DNA of 64,000 nucleotides, from NCBI GenBank assembly GCA_964016885.1, contig OZ024740.1, forward strand, positions 69,254,001-69,318,000. The letters run 5' to 3'. The stretch is from Eledone cirrhosa (lineage: Eukaryota). A model generated the notes under the pieces. It was not told where the DNA came from and did not search any database. It saw only the letters and a list, made by a program, of their open reading frames with translations. The position numbers were made by a program, and so were the translations under genes. Below, piece by piece: positions 13,752 through 27,069 of this stretch. The first letter of the stretch is position 1; every line of letters begins with the position of its first letter.

Positions 13752-15061
13752 AAAAAATGGTTGGGGTAGAGGGGTTGTCTGCTGATGTTAAGTGGTCTCC
13801 TGTGTTTGTTATATTCCTTGTTGTTGTAAAATGTGGTTCGGGTTGGTGGTTGTAGATTGAATGGGGTGTTCCTGTATTGCGAGTATGGGTGTGTGTTTCT
13901 ATGTGCCATGTTGTATTGTGGCGTTATAAGTGGCCTACGTTGTTGGTTGTATCGTGTGGTGTGGGTTTGCTGTGTATTGTGGAAGTGAGAGTTGAGAAAA
14001 TGGTAATTACCTGGCTGTCCCCTTGAAGCGGGGAAGTTGTTGCATCTATCATGGCGGTGGTATCTTTTCCCTATGTTTGACGATGAGGAATCCGCGTAGT
14101 AGTTGAGTGATTTGGTATGGTGTCTCCTTGAAGGGGGAAAGTTGTAAATGTCATTCTGAGGGAGATGATTTCTTGGGTTTTTGTTCCTTCTTATGGTAGC
14201 GAGGTTGGGAAGTTCATCTTCGGTGTGGTGCTTCCTTCTTCGTTTGTTTGAGGCTTGGGGGTTTGAGAAGTTGTTGTGCGGTTCAGTTATGGGTTTTGCT
14301 ATTTTTATGAACGGGTTATTGGAGGTGTAATCCGTTTGAAAAGTCGATTCATAGTGTAGGAACCAAGCGGCACTTTTTTCCCAGCGTTGAAGGGATTTCA
14401 GTTCTTCTCTGTTGCAGTCCCCTTTCCATAATTTGGAGATCTTCTCTACCTTGGGGCCTTCAGTTTTGTTGTTGATTTCCATGAGGATCTCTTCATCGAT
14501 GGTTTTGATTTTTTCCTCATTTGTCTGGGCCCTCAGTTTAAGAAGTTCAATTTCTGTCTTCATTTTTTCCAATGCCATTCTTTCCCTAAGGTGTCTTTGA
14601 GGTTCGGGTTCAGTTGGAATGGACTTTATTTGTAGTTTACGGGGGAGAGTTAGAGGGGTTGAGTTAAGCCATTTTTCATATAACTCTGCTTTGTTGTGAT
14701 TTTGTATCATCTTCCAGAATGAGAACTTTCTGTCTCTGAGGGATTTGTTCCATTTTGGAATTGTTCGAATTTTCATTTTGTGTGAATCAATCTCACATGG
14801 TCCTTCATTGGTTTTTCCTGGGTTGATAGTATCGCAAAGGTTTTGGAGTTTGTCGCCGATTTCGGAGGGTTTGTATCCGGTGGCGGTTTCCTTATTTGTG
14901 GAGTCAAGTTTGTCGACCAGCAAAGATAGGTTGGTGTTGATTTTCTTGAGTTCCTGTAGGATCTCTTCATTTGAGTTGATGAGGGTTGTATCCGGTTTTG
15001 TTGGCATTTTCTGTATCTCGTGTGAGGATATGATGGTTAAAAGAATAGAGGTGTAACACAA
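13718..15061 (-). CDS. PLE ORF1: predicted coiled-coil N-half plus basic/disordered C-half
   Basis: 447-codon open frame (first ATG ~15007), near-identical to 22205-23032; heptad-like segments EEILQELKKINTNLSLLVDKLD and LEKMKTEIELLKLRAQTNEEKIKTIDEEI. Confidence 0.75.
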   Translation of the reverse strand: MCYTSILLTIISSHEIQKMPTKPDTTLINSNEEILQELKKINTNLSLLVDKLDSTNKETATGYKPSEIGDKLQNLCDTINPGKTNEGPCEIDSHKMKIRTIPKWNKSLRDRKFSFWKMIQNHNKAELYEKWLNSTPLTLPRKLQIKSIPTEPEPQRHLRERMALEKMKTEIELLKLRAQTNEEKIKTIDEEILMEINNKTEGPKVEKISKLWKGDCNREELKSLQRWEKSAAWFLHYESTFQTDYTSNNPFIKIAKPITEPHNNFSNPQASNKRRRKHHTEDELPNLATIRRNKNPRNHLPQNDIYNFPPSRRHHTKSLNYYADSSSSNIGKRYHRHDRCNNFPASRGQPGNYHFLNSHFHNTQQTHTTRYNQQRRPLITPQYNMAHRNTHPYSQYRNTPFNLQPPTRTTFYNNKEYNKHRRPLNISRQPLYPNHFLDTAHRYRQTK

Positions 15062-15095
15062 GTTATTATATATTGGTAAACGGAATAGAAAATTA

Positions 15096-15329
<234 letters not shown>

Positions 15330-16814
15330 AATACAACAGCAACATCAAAGCAAAATAGAATACTGAGTAGATCTTACATTTGTTATAATCCTATTTTTAA
15401 CTCTTCTATTAGCTCTAACTTACCTTCCACATTCTACAAAATTATAAAAAAACACTTTCCAAATTCACATAAATATAGTAGTATACTTAATACCAAAACA
15501 ATTAGACTATCTTCTTCCACTGCACCAAACCTAGACGCACACATTAAGATGCTCAAAGCCAAAACCTCCCTAATAACAACACCCCAATCACTCAACACAA
15601 TAATAGACCTAATATACAACCACCGACTAACAAACAGTATGCACAAAACACACTCACACACACATCCCAGCCCACCTATAACTCTACCACTGAAATTGTA
15701 ATTGCCATCTTCCAGAGACTTGTCCATTGAATAACGAATGTTTGCATTCAAACCTAGTGTACAGGTGCTTGGTTGAGTCGGACAACCAAACCTGGCACTA
15801 CATAGGCAGCACTGCAAACACCTTCAAATCTCGTTGGTACACGCATCGTTACGCAATAAAGCACCCCCAACACCGTTACGTAACGACCCTCGCCGACAAA
15901 ATTTGGCACTTAAAAGGGAGTAACCGACAATACACCCTTAAATGGACCAAACTCTCACATGCTCCTCCATACCGGAGTGGGATGAAAACGTGCCCGTTGT
16001 GTAATAATGAGCTCTTCCATATCCTAAGCTCAGGCCACCAACTACTCAACAACAAAATTGAAAGGTCAATATTTTGCCAGCATAATCTAAAAGCGAAGTT
16101 CTCACACTTCAAACCTTCAACTAAATCTTAACACTACCTATCTTCCTTTTCTACCCTAAATAACAATTCCACACTCCTAAAAATAGACTATATATGAAAT
16201 TTAATACTTTCTTCCTTCATCTATTCTCTGGTAAAACTTTCGCCTGTCCACTACCAACCTGCCACTTAAAATTCTATCTTCCTTCTCTCTCCCTCTACTC
16301 ATCACAACTTTTAGCACACAACCCTCCTCCCACTCCCTTCTTGTAACTTAACTATATTCTATACAAATCCTCTCACACCACCCTATCTCCTCTCTCCTTC
16401 TCTCCCTACCTCCGTACCTTTCTCTCTCTCTCTCTCCCTCTCTTTCCCCCCCCTCTCTCTCTGTTCCTCTATCTTACACTACTACCCATTATTTCATTTC
16501 CTAAGATAAGTTCAACTTTGTATTTTGAAAATTCGGATGCCACAGTATCTTTCTTGATTGCCTATTATTACATAGTGTAGCAATAATGGACTGAAATTCT
16601 GATGAAACAATTGTTAATACGTGGATTAAATCCTTTTGTAACTGTTTACCTTCGTCCTATTTCTCTTTTTTGATTACACTCCTCGTTTGTTCGTGTTTCC
16701 ACTACAGAATCCCTACCAACCTGTCGAGTCACCTTAACGTATGTTGATAACTTTCCTCACAACTTGTTCTACCAAGCTTTGGAATATTCCTAATTACTGA
16801 ATATATATATATAT

Positions 16815-18954
16815 ATTGAATTATATACAGAGATCCCGGACATGACTGCAGCCCAGATCGAAAAACAGACCAACTCCATCTGGTTCGATATCTGTAGGAG
16901 AAGACAACTCCCAAATAAAGTTAAGCTCAACTACACCACTAGAAATAGCAGACTGCCCACTTTCTACCACCTCATCAAGACCCACAAGAATAGTACTAAG
17001 ACGCAAATAAGACCCATCGTCTCTAGCATAAAAGGACCCCTATACAAAATTTCCTGGCTCCCCTCCCTGGTCCTCAAGCCTCTACTCTCCACCTTTCCCG
17101 GGCATGTCAGTAGCTCCGACGAAGTTATACGTAGACTACACCAACTCCAGCCAGAACAACTTAAACTAAATAGATACGCCTTTAGCCTCGACGTTTTCTC
17201 CCTCTACACTACAGTCCCCGCTCATCCAGCTGTCGATTTATTGACGGACTGCGTGGTCGCAGAGGACATCCACTGCTACGGCCTCCATCCGACGGACATA
17301 TACCAGCTTTTGTCCTTCACAGTAGACAACACGTACTTCACCTTCCACCACCACACATACAGACAGACAACAGGATTACCCATGGGATCCAGCCTATCGG
17401 GCCTGCTGGCCATCACCTATATGAACCAGCTAGAATGCCGAGCCCTCAACACCTGCCATTCCCATACCTTCTTCACCCGATATGTAGATGACATACTCAT
17501 CCTTACATCATCCCGTGAGGTGGCAGATAAAATATACACAACATTCTCCAGCATGGACGCCAGTATAAAGTTCAGCATGGAGCACCCCGATGACCGCGGA
17601 TCCCTATCCCTACTGGACTTCCAACTCAGGGTAACAGAGGAAGGCAACATCCACACCTGCTTCTATAAAAAAGCTGCCAGCAGGGACCTGTTCGTACATT
17701 TCAGATCGGCCCTTCCAGCCGGCGCTAAGTTCGGATACATAAGGAACGAACTAACACATATCCGGAACAATGCACCGACGCTAGAGACCGAGACACACAC
17801 ACCACACATTTCCTGGAAGTACTCAAACTGAACGGATACACGACATCCACCACAAACCGTGCCAGAAAGCACAGAGGACACCACACCCGAGGCACTAACA
17901 CTTGCTTCCTGAAGCTCCCACACTTCAGTGACGAAACAAGAACAACCATCCGCAGAGCTATCAGGTGAGAGGGACTAGATATGCAACTGGCCCACTCAGG
18001 TCCTTCTCTACGAGGACAGCTAACCAAAAGACACTCCACCAGACATGACAACTGGTGCAGGCTAGCCAACTGCCCCATCAACGACACAGACCTATGCCAC
18101 CATGCTTACGTCGTATACAGCAGCAACTTCTACGTAGGTAGCACCACCAGACCACCGCACATAAGAATAAAAGAACACCTCAATACTAACGCTTCCTCAT
18201 TTAAGAAACGCCTAATTAAATGCAAAAACACCGACAAAACCATAACAGTTAGGATAGAAACTAAGGAAAGAAACCTCGGCAATCTTAGAATTAAGGAAGC
18301 ACTAATTATAGACAAAACACACCCACCAATAAATAATAGACTAGAACTCAACACCCAATTTATAACTTGATAGAGCTTCTAGCCCCATATTTACACCCCC
18401 CCCACACACACGCAGGCACACACAGACACACACACGCTTACACCACTACCTATTCTCTCTCACACACACACATACACACAAACACCAGTTCTAACACGAG
18501 ATAATATCTATCCCCCACATTTACGTATAGACATATCTTCTCACACTCACACACACACACACTCACATACTTACACCTTCATGCATTCTCCCACACACTT
18601 AAACAGGCATGTACAAAAATGAACCCTTTTAAAGGGAGACTATTCTTTATCCACCTAACCTTGACTCTTTGACATTAGAGATAGAACAGATACTCTATAC
18701 CATTTCCTGTCAGCATGACTTGGCAAGCTATTTAGAACACTGGTTTAACCGCTTTACTTCCCTCCGAAAAAGAGATATTATCTCGAAAAGTAAGGACATT
18801 TAAATAAATCTAAGGTAAAAGACTAATTGTCAACAATATCTTTTCCATTTGCATTCTTTATTCTATGTCCATACCTGGAATGTTTTGGCTTTATTATACA
18901 TATACAAACGTTTATACCTCATTACACAATGCTTCAAGTGAACTATAACCTCCT

Positions 18955-18955
<1 letters not shown>
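16815..18955 (+). mobile_element. 5'-truncated PLE (Penelope/Poseidon-like): RT 16842-17831, GIY-YIG remnant to 18370, pLTR with variant HHR 18759-18796
   Basis: FYHLIKTHK, RPIVS, SLDVFSLYT, YRQTTGLPMGSSLS, RYVDD, YVGSTTR..RIKEH, LRIKEALII. Confidence 0.92.
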
Positions 18956-19002
<47 letters not shown>

Positions 19003-19299
19003 GAACATAAAACGAACGTTATACTAAGCCATACCTATAACCGATCACGCGGTGACCGCGTTGGTGTCGGATATAATAGAATAGATAATCGCACTAAAGA
19101 TCACGACCCCGGCGACAGTGACCACTGTTGCTTACTCGAAATATTCCCCTACTACAAAATCAACAAAGGCGACGGCGTACTACCAACGCCTTCCAACCAA
19201 CATCTTCCTGTACATAAACATGGAAGAAGGAAGAAGAGTGCACCCGAGCATAAAGTGAAAGGGGCACTTATCGGGCTACAGTGCATTAACATACATATG

Positions 19300-20732
19300 A
19301 ACGGTCACCTAGATGGAACCACCCGTAGCAAACGTACAAGGACATGTAATCGCCACCGTAACGTCCTATAGTCCCCCCCCACACACACACACACCCTATC
19401 TCGGAGTGTGGCCTCCAACATACCCCGGATATTCTTCGAAGCTTTAGAGAAGAACTTCCCGCCCAACCATAGGTATAGAAAAATTCTTAATAGGAACAAT
19501 ATAAAAATATCCTTCTCTACTACTCATAACCTAGCAGAAATCATAGGAACAACGAACCACAGTAAGATCACCAGAACACAGCACCTTGACACAGATGCAC
19601 CTACACCTGACAATAACTATATCGGCCTTAACAACTCCCTAGCAGCATCCAATAGTGCTGGCAACGGCCTCCGCAGACGCAACCAGCATAACCGCTTAAT
19701 GAGTGGGGATCATGAAGGACATGACGTGCGGTTAATAATCGTACCACCCCGCGCGCTGTGGGTTGTAATGGTGCTAACGACGGCTGTGGGAGCGTAGATA
19801 ACAACGTACGCAGCAACAATGATAGCCTTACCGTGGAGAATGGATGGAACTGCGACATAAATTGCAACTGCCGCGACAGAGGACGCTGCCCCCTTAGAGG
19901 ATACTGCTTGACTGATAGGGTTATATATAGATGCACTGTAACTAGCCACAATAGCGTTAAACATTATATAGGGGCTACCTCCGGCCCCTTCAAAATTAGG
20001 TTTCGAACACATCTCCACTCTTTCACAAATAAGAAATTAAGACACTCCACTTCGCTGGCGGACTACATCACATTATTAAATGACTTAAACATCAGCTTCT
20101 CCACGCACTGGTATATTGTCGGCAGGGCTGCACCGTACAACTTCAAGAGAAAGTGCGATATTTGCCTCATGGAGCTCTAGCACATCATAACTGTACCCCA
20201 CGAGCTCATCAACAGTAGAGCTGAAACAGCGATAAGTTGTACACATCGCTTAAAAATATCCTTCTTCAGATGGGTTAAGGATGCGGAGTGAAACTGTGCA
20301 CCAGATCTCCCTGCAACAAGGTTTAACACCCTGGCGGGCAGGCGCTGCAAAATAACACCCAGGAAACTAACCATGCATACCAGACCCAGCCTCAAACGAC
20401 CCAGGCAAACAGGTGCGGCGAACAAACGTCTCAGAATATGCGTTGGTTACATGACCCTGTGCGTATCGACAATGGTAAGGTTGTAACCACATCTTGTAAC
20501 GGAGGTAACGGCCAGAGTTACCTCCCTTGACCTGCTGCGAAATCAAAACACGCTATTTTTGCGAGCAATGAATCTTGACGTGAACTTAACCCCAAAAACT
20601 CTTTCCGAGTAATGTAAGGAACACTTTTGGTTATTTATACCCTCGAGAAACCCAACTGGGCGAAACGTACGTTGATGGTGTTTTAAGTAAACATGTTTTA
20701 ACGGTCTATTCTCTGATTTCTTACTTATCCAC

Positions 20733-20735
<3 letters not shown>
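19300..20735 (+). mobile_element. 5'-truncated Nematis-like PLE with GIY-YIG (19758-20280) and degenerate HHR (~20636-20678)
   Basis: NFPPNHRYRKILNRNNIKISFST, CNCR..CPL..C, VIYRC..YIGATS, CDICLME; GAAACgtacGTT stem III palindrome. Confidence 0.85.
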
Positions 20736-20799
<64 letters not shown>

Positions 20800-20843
20800 T
20801 GAAAAAGAACAAAGGAACTATTATGACATTATAACAAGTTTAT

Positions 20844-20890
20844 TGCCGACAGCCGTTTCGTCCGACCATATGGTTGGACTTTTCAAGGCA
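20844..20890 (-). ncRNA. Type I HHR, U3-A8 covariant core, in a PLE 3' fragment (~20800-21562)
   Basis: tgcc-TTGAAAA-gtccaacc atat ggtcggac-GAA-ACggctGT-C-ggca, followed by aataaa. Confidence 0.8.
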
Positions 20891-21560
20891 TATAACATGT
20901 GATTGTAAGTTCATTATTTACATCAATGTATCACTTAAGACTAGCAGTTTGAAATTGTGGTATACATCAGCAGCTCCGCTTGTATATTTGGGGTCTATAT
21001 TCTAAGGGGGCTCTTTTATATTAGTTGTCGGAATTGTAAAAGGGATGGGTTATGGAGAGTTAAGAGAATTTGAAAATGTCCTGAGAGTCAGGGATTGAAG
21101 GTTAAAAATTAGATAATTTATAATTTACGTATTAAAAGTAAAAGACTTGGGATCTCGTAGAAGCACCTTAAAAAATCCCTCAATAAGTGCATAAAGCTTA
21201 CAAGCCCCAATAAATTTAACAAACTAGAAGAGATTAAGAGACTAATAAAATAAAAAAATAAAGATATAAAGTTTCCCTAAAAACTATAAAGTTTCCCAAG
21301 AAGTTCCCTCGAGAGAAAAAAATTTCTTTCGAAAGAAAAAAGCTTTCTTCCCCAGAGATCTCGTTAAAAAATTTCAGAAAATTTACGAAGTTTTGATAAT
21401 CCTACTAAGTTGAAAGAAACTAATCAATTAAAGGTTAATTCAAAAAGCCTTCAATAAGCCCCTCAGAGAAGACCCCCTTTAATATTTTTAATAGGAACCC
21501 TAGAGACCCTTCAAAGAATAAAATTTTAGAGAGCCTTTAGATATCTTTAAAGGCTCTCTA

Positions 21561-21590
<30 letters not shown>

Positions 21591-21593
<3 letters not shown>

Positions 21594-22009
21594 AACAAAA
21601 GATGGTTAAAAGAGTTCCATGTATTTTATTATGCGCATTTCAAAAACAAATATCATCATGCAATAATATTTGTGTTTTCATCAGATAAAACATGAAGACA
21701 TGATATGAAGGTCACAAAATACCTGTGGATAGTTCAGTTTTAAATCAACATATCATATGTTGATTTAAAACTGAACTATCCACAGGTGTTTTTTAAGCTT
21801 CATATCATGTCTTCATGTTTTATCTGATGAAAACACAAATATTATTGCATGATGATATTTGTTTTTGAAATGCGCATAATAAAATACATGGAACTGTTTT
21901 AACCATCTTTTGTTCTTATATATTATGTCTACTCCAGTCCTACAAACTGTAGTGTGCTTATTATCCGATATCTGCATTGCTTTATTGTACTACAATAAAA
22001 CTCACCTCT

Positions 22010-22015
<6 letters not shown>
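21591..22015 (+). mobile_element. Fold-back PLE pLTR: ~160-bp arm palindrome (21591-21918) plus tail, with an HHR in each arm
   Basis: ttttat-CTGATGA-long stem II-GAA-ATgcgcAT-A-ataaaa at 21818-21884 (+) and mirror at ~21618-21694 (-). Confidence 0.9.
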
Positions 22016-22107
<92 letters not shown>

Positions 22108-22143
22108 TATAAACTACAAATAATATATATATATACATATATG

Positions 22144-25100
22144 TAAACTACAAATAAAGTCCATTCCAAATGAACCCGAACCTCAAAGACACCTTAGGGA
22201 AAGAATGGCATTGGAAAAAATGAAGACAGAAATTGAACTTCTTAAACTGAGGGCCCGGACAAATGAGGAAAAAATCAAAACCATCGATGAAGAGATCCTC
22301 CTGGAAATCAACAACAAAACTGAAGGCCCCAAGGTAGAGAAGATCTCCAAATTATGGAAAGGGGACTGCAACAGAGAAGAACTGAAATCCCTTCAACGCT
22401 GGGAAAAAAGTGCCGCTTGGTTCCTACACTATGAATCGACTTTTCAAACGGATTACACCTCCAATAACCCGTTCATAAAAATAGCAAAACCCATAACTGA
22501 ACCGCACAACAACTTCTCAAACCCCCAAGCCTCAAACAAACGAAGAAGGAAGCACCACACCGAAGATGAACTTCCCAACCTCGCTACCATAAGAAGGAAC
22601 AAAAACCCAAGATATCATCTCCCTCAGAATGACATTTACAACTTTCCCCCTTCAAGGAGACACCATACCAAATCACTCAACTACTACGCGGATTCCTCAT
22701 CGTCAAACATAGGGAAAAGATACCACCGCCATGATAGATGCAACAACTTCCCCGCTTCAAGGGGACAGCAAGGTAATTACCATTTTCTCAGCTGTCGCTT
22801 CCACAATACACACCAAACTCACACCACACGATACAACCAACAACGTAGGCCACTTATAACACCACAATACAAGATGGCACATAGAAACACACACCCATAC
22901 TCGCAGTACAGGAACACCCTATCCAATCTACAACCACCAACCCGAACCACATTTTACAACAACAAGGAATATAACAAACACAGGAGACCACTTAACATCA
23001 GCAGACAACCCCTCTACCCCAACCATTTTTAGACACAGCACACAGATACAGGCAAACAAAATAACACAAGACAGGGAGGAGAAACCGATAGTAATAAAAA
23101 TTATCAATCTTACTAGTGCAGATCCAACACCCACCCTTGTCAACTTACTCTCCAAAGGTCTTAAATTCACACCGACCCCACTACGTCCTAACTACTATGA
23201 AATGAAGGAAGACATCACAGACTTCTGTAGAAAGTTACGACTTAGTGAACAACTCTTCGACCAGTACAATGAGGATGAATCATTAGCCAGAAATAGAAGC
23301 AATTACACCCCTTCAAAAGGTAGAAATAAAATCCTGGACGAATTCTGTGAACACATCACAAACTTCCCTTACCAACACTTGCACAGACAAAAACACAAGC
23401 CAAACCTCAACAAGAAAGAATGGGAAGAATTAAATAGATTAAAAACCGACAGAACCATTACAATTAAAGAGGCTAATAAAGGGAGTACAGTAGTCCTAAT
23501 GGAGACAGAATTCTATATCAACTTAGCGCTCTCCACTTTGGAAAACGAAACATACTACGAAAAGGCTGAACACTACAATCAACAGAAAATTATGAGAAAC
23601 TTAAAAACTCTAATCAACCAATACAAAGAAGGACTCACTAACAAGGAATTCAGCTTCATCACAGACTTCACAAGTAAATCCAGCCTCTTCTACGGTATCC
23701 CTAAAGTACATAAAAGCGAATCAATCAGTAAGGCATGCAAGGAAGCCACAGACATAGTCATCAATGTCCCCTCACCCAATGATCTCAAATTAAGACCTAT
23801 AATAGCAGGCCCCGCTTACGAAACGCACCGTCTTAGCAACTTCATTGATACCCTTCTCAAACCCTTCCTGAAACACATCAAAAGCTATATAAGGGACGAC
23901 CTAGATATGCTCAATCACCTCCCTAATATTCCACTTTCTGAACAAACCCTACTAGTGACATTCGATGTAGTTAACTTATACTCCAACATCCCCCACAACC
24001 TAGGAATAGAAGCTATCCAATTCTGGCTGGATAATTTCCACAATGAACTCCCACAACGCATCAAAAAAGAATTCGTGATAGAGGGACTCAAATTTATCTT
24101 GGAGAACAATTACTTCGTTTTCAATAACAAACCCTACAGGCAGAAATCTGGGACCGCTATGGGAACGAAGACAGCCCCCACTTATGCCAACCTAGTCATG
24201 GAATACCTGGAAATCACCCTCTACACTAAAGTCCTAAACAAATTTGGAAACACCCTGCACTTACACATTGAAAGGAACTGGAAGCGATATCTTTGGCACG
24301 AAAACATCGAAAAACTTAAAGAGGTTCACACCCTTATAAATGGGCTCAACACGAATATTAACTTCACGATGGAATACAGCCATCAACAACTCCCCTTCCT
24401 CGACATCCTCATTAAGATTCATAACAAAAAAATAGAAACAGACATATACTACAAGCCCACAGACTCCAAGCAATATCTCCCCTTCAACTCTTGCCACCCT
24501 AGACACGTTAAAATTAATATTCCCTACAACTTAGCCAAGAGAATCTGTACTATAGTCTCCAATAAAAACATCTGCTACTTACGGCTACAAGAACTAAAAG
24601 ACACACTCATAGGCAGGGACTACCCTGCATCACTAATTGACAATGGAATCCAACGTGCCCTAAAACTCAGTACCCAGGACCTTAGACACCCTAAACTAAA
24701 TCAACCGAAACTAAAAGCTTTTCCATACATCTCCACACACAACCCTCTCAACAATGAGGCCTTTGACACCATCCTCCAGAACATCCCTGTGTTGAAAAGG
24801 GACCATAGAATGAACCAAATTCTACGAACACACGATATCATAAAGAGCAAAAGACAATCCGAGTCAATGAAAAACATCTTAACACATGCCAAAGTACTGC
24901 CAACCACAACAACGAAACCCATAGTAAGAAAATGCGATAGACCCAACTGTGGCATTTGCATCAAACTAATAGAGGATTCGGAATTCTATTTCAAAGATGG
25001 ACAACGTTTTATAGTAAAACACAATTTCACATGTGCATCGGAAAATCTAATATATGTATTAACTTGTTCAGGTTGTCGAGAACAATACATAGGCCAGACC

Positions 25101-25461
25101 AAAAACAGCCTCCGCCAACGCATGACTGTCCATAGATCCCAAATTAAAATACGGGAATACAGGAAAATACCACTGAGTGAAGACATTGATACCTGTGCCG
25201 CCCAAAATCATCCCAACTTCAGAATCTTTCCCCTCTACAAATTTAAAGATAATGCCACCCACACCCAGCGCATCAGCAAGGAATCTTACTTCATTAACAA
25301 ATACGGACCCCGTCTAAACACTTCTCCCTAAGACGAACCCACAACATACACACGTTAACATACATACCTACATCAGCACACATATCCACCCACATATAAA
25401 CACAATGACATACGTAAACACACATGCTCTATGGTGCAACACAGAAAAATATATGCGTATA

Positions 25462-25470
<9 letters not shown>
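22144..25470 (+). mobile_element. PLE (Neptune/Naiad-like) copy 2, 5'-truncated; ORF1 22205-23032, RT-EN 23202-25331
   Basis: Near-identical inverted copy of ~11270-14640. Confidence 0.92.
23202..25331 (+). pseudogene. 709-aa RT-GIY-YIG ORF lacking the catalytic YxDD (18-bp in-frame deletion)
   Basis: RNWKRYLWHEN versus RNWKRYLADCIILWHEN in copy 1. Confidence 0.88.
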
Positions 25471-25750
<280 letters not shown>

Positions 25751-26249
25751 CTTACTTGTCATTATATATATATATATATTCTTACTTGTCATTATATATT
25801 CTTACTTGACATTACAGTCGCTAAGTTAGTAGCTTCTAATTTGAAGGGAAAAAGACGGGTGATGTGTTGGTGTAAATGCTAGCACAGTGGTCCGGATAAC
25901 CAAAGATGTTGGTTCGACTCACATGTACGTTAATACTCATCGTTTTCCATTTCTCCACTATCAGGCTAAATAATTTCTTTAATTTCTTTAGTTAAAATAC
26001 GGCGATAGCTTGCATTTCTAATAATTTCAAATCCACTCGCTGTTTTGAAAATATTTAAGGCAAGATATGGGAAAATAATTCAATCTCATTCAAAAAAAGT
26101 CAAGACAGAAATTTTATCCACAGATTTTGTGTAATCCAGGGAAAAAAAGAATAGAGTCTTAACTCAGAATAAATTTAAGGGTAAATACTTATCCTTCAAT
26201 TTGGAAAAATCTACAAATGTTCTATATAGTCTTAAAAAGACTATTTCAC

Positions 26250-26850
26250 GAAACTTTTCAGTGGGGTTAGTCACGGTTGGTTGGAGTCGTTCATCAGTAG
26301 AACTCAACACGATAACTAAGAACCACAGCTAAAATATGCCAACAGGGAATTTAAAAGCATGCTAGTTACACCTCGTGTGGAATTAAGATAATAAACACAC
26401 ATCGAGATCAGTGGTAGTGACGTCAGAATGAGACAAATGACTGTTTACAAGAAACAGCAGTCAAAACATTCCGAAAAAAACTCATCAAAGTGTATGGAGT
26501 TATATATATATACATATCATTATGGTTCCTTCCTTATCAAAAACATGATTGCACAGATGCGTAGTCTTCTTGGTGTAGATGAGTGTGATCTTGGTAGCCA
26601 CACGGAAGAGAAACTTCAACTTTTGATGGTTTGTTTCTTTGCAACGTGTGATACGTTTGGGCAGATTATCAGCCTGAAAAAGACAGTTGTGATGTATTAG
26701 CATGCACGTGGAACGTCATATATTCTACCATCCATATCTGTCAAAAAGAATATATTGAAGGTAGTGGATATTTTCCTGTAACTGGATAGTACACTCTCCA
26801 GAACCACCACCCTTGATGAGAAAACGCAACGCTAGAGCAGCTGTTAAAAG
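26250..26850 (+). mobile_element. Degenerate RTE LINE RT fragment
   Basis: DECDLGSHTEEKLQ, FGQIISLKKTVVMY, DSTLSRTTTLDE. Confidence 0.65.
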
Positions 26851-27035
26851 ATCAAAATGCTGTCAATGACAGCGATGGACGAAAATGCCTCAAAGGACAG
26901 AGACCAGCGGCCAGTTGTCAGCATAAAGACAATCCATGAGATAGGTGACAGGCAGATGAAATATAGGAAATATTGAGAGAGGAGGAGTATAAGAAGTAAC
27001 GTATTTTCACATATTAAATACCATGCCCTCCCTCT

Positions 27036-27069
<34 letters not shown>

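Larger units (their letters stand above)
10321..15093 (-). mobile_element. Near full-length PLE (Neptune/Naiad-like), copy 1
   Basis: ORF1 + RT + CxxxxCxxC linker + GIY-YIG; 24-bp terminal direct repeat atattggtaaacggaatagaaaat at 10321 and 15070; ends in (TA)n. Confidence 0.9.

Noticed and set aside
16540-16622. Possible HHR in the pLTR of the 15279-16800 element (GAAACaattGTT)
   Set aside because: 5' core box unrecognisable; remnant only
17960-17975. In-frame TGA in a PLE ORF as possible selenocysteine
   Set aside because: Not at a conserved Cys; consistent with CGA->TGA decay in an element with other frameshifts
25878-25925. tRNA gene candidate (ggttcgact B box)
   Set aside because: Too short, no cloverleaf
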